From Acetobacteraceae bacterium (GTDB lineage Bacteria; Pseudomonadota; Alphaproteobacteria; Acetobacterales; Acetobacteraceae): a stretch of 64,000 nucleotides of DNA. A program made the position numbers and the translations under genes. The notes under the pieces were generated by a model. It had not been told where the DNA came from and ran no database searches. It was given only the letters and a program-made list of their open reading frames with translations. The DNA lies in the NCBI GenBank assembly GCA_019750465.1, contig JAIEOP010000050.1, positions 2,529 through 66,528 on the forward strand. Direction: 5' to 3'. Below are positions 63,545-64,000 of this stretch, one piece after another. How positions within the stretch are numbered: the first letter of the stretch is position 1; every line of letters starts with the position of its first letter.

Positions 63545-64000
63545 CCCGCCGCGCTCGCATCGAGCCGGCCATGCCGGCGACCACGAAGAAGCTCCGCTGC
63601 GCCGTCTACACGCGGAAGTCGACGGATGAGGGGCTGGAGAAGGAATTCAACACCCTCGACGCGCAGCGCGATGCTTGTGAGGCGTATATTACGAGCCAGC
63701 GCGCCGAGGGATGGATGCTGGTGCGCGACCGCTACGACGATGGCGGCTTCTCGGGCGGCACGCTGGAGCGGCCGGCGCTGCAACGCCTGCTGCGCGACAT
63801 CCAGGCCGACCTGATTGACGTGATTGTGGTCTACAAGATCGACAGGCTCAGCCGCTCGCTGATGGATTTCGCCAAGCTGGTGGAGACGTTCGAGGCGCAC
63901 CGGGTGACTTTCGTCTCGGTGACGCAGAGCTTCAATACCACGACCAGCATGGGGCGGCTGACGCTGAACATCCTGCTGAGCTTCGCGCAGTTCGAGCGAG
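63541..64000 (+). CDS. large serine recombinase (second copy), 5' part only, continues beyond the window
   Basis: My own translation from ATG 63541 gives 'MTRRARIEPAMPATTKKLRCAVYTRKSTDEGLEKEF...VIVVYKIDRLSRSLMDFAKLVETFEAHRVTFVSVTQ'. It is nearly identical to 1385..2737, with a few substitutions. Confidence 0.85.
   Translation, partial: MTRRARIEPAMPATTKKLRCAVYTRKSTDEGLEKEFNTLDAQRDACEAYITSQRAEGWMLVRDRYDDGGFSGGTLERPALQRLLRDIQADLIDVIVVYKIDRLSRSLMDFAKLVETFEAHRVTFVSVTQSFNTTTSMGRLTLNILLSFAQFER

Larger units (their letters stand above)
55472..64000. mobile_element. putative integrative / satellite-like element: regulatory genes, iteron field, primase-helicase and a second serine-recombinase module (runs off the window)
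   Basis: The gene content is listed below. I recognised no structural phage or conjugation genes. The left boundary is guessed from the non-coding or decayed stretch at 54909-55471. Confidence 0.4.

Noticed and set aside
1-64000. CRISPR arrays, rRNA or tRNA genes, and IS elements with terminal inverted repeats.
   Set aside because: I saw no regularly spaced direct repeats with unique spacers, no rRNA-like or cloverleaf-like sequences and no transposase-like ORFs. The only dense repeats are the iteron field and the GTTGCCA array, which lack CRISPR spacing.

Overview
GC-rich proteobacterial DNA, gene-dense on both strands. I found no rRNA, tRNA or CRISPR array by eye.

Layout:
1. 1-650: probable 3' end of an upstream gene, a 36-nt palindrome and one hypothetical ORF.
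2. 682-3129: four translationally coupled genes forming a large-serine-recombinase module (small ORF, DUF2924, recombinase, small partner protein).
3. 3155-10790: co-directional defence cargo. It holds a Type III-like Res, an oversized Mod, and an OLD-family nuclease whose GTG start overlaps the mod stop. The OLD gene is split by a 1-nt frameshift.
4. 10791-11302: lower-GC non-coding junction.
5. 11.3-54.9 kb: a catabolic and transport island of about 43 kb. It encodes a Baeyer-Villiger monooxygenase with an esterase, a second class B flavin monooxygenase, and a lactonase. CoA metabolism is represented by two CoA-transferases, two acyl-CoA synthetases, two enoyl-CoA hydratases, one acyl-CoA dehydrogenase, and three sets of DUF35 plus thiolase-fold proteins. 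Transport and regulation comprise two Liv-type ABC transporters, four orphan Bug/TctC binding proteins and one TetR regulator. A 19-gene, 20.8-kb run on the minus strand looks like a single operon.
6. 55.5-62.7 kb: a minus-strand replication and regulation block of an integrative, satellite-like element. It carries a DUF3489 protein, an HTH/small-terminase-like protein, several hypotheticals and a Toprim + VirE primase-helicase, with a strongly repetitive iteron field beside the primase gene.
7. 62.8-64.0 kb: a second copy of the recombinase module, about 10% diverged, in the same orientation and running off the window.

Most notable non-genic signals:
- the dyad iteron field at 59093-59404;
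- a 12-nt box (TACTnnTGGGTA) at six promoters of the catabolic island;
- six GTTGCCA repeats at 57366-57488;
- a 65-nt invariant block inside the otherwise diverged recombinase modules.

Most long ORFs lying antisense to the called genes are GC-shadow ORFs and were rejected. All functional calls come from motif recognition by eye; no database search was run.
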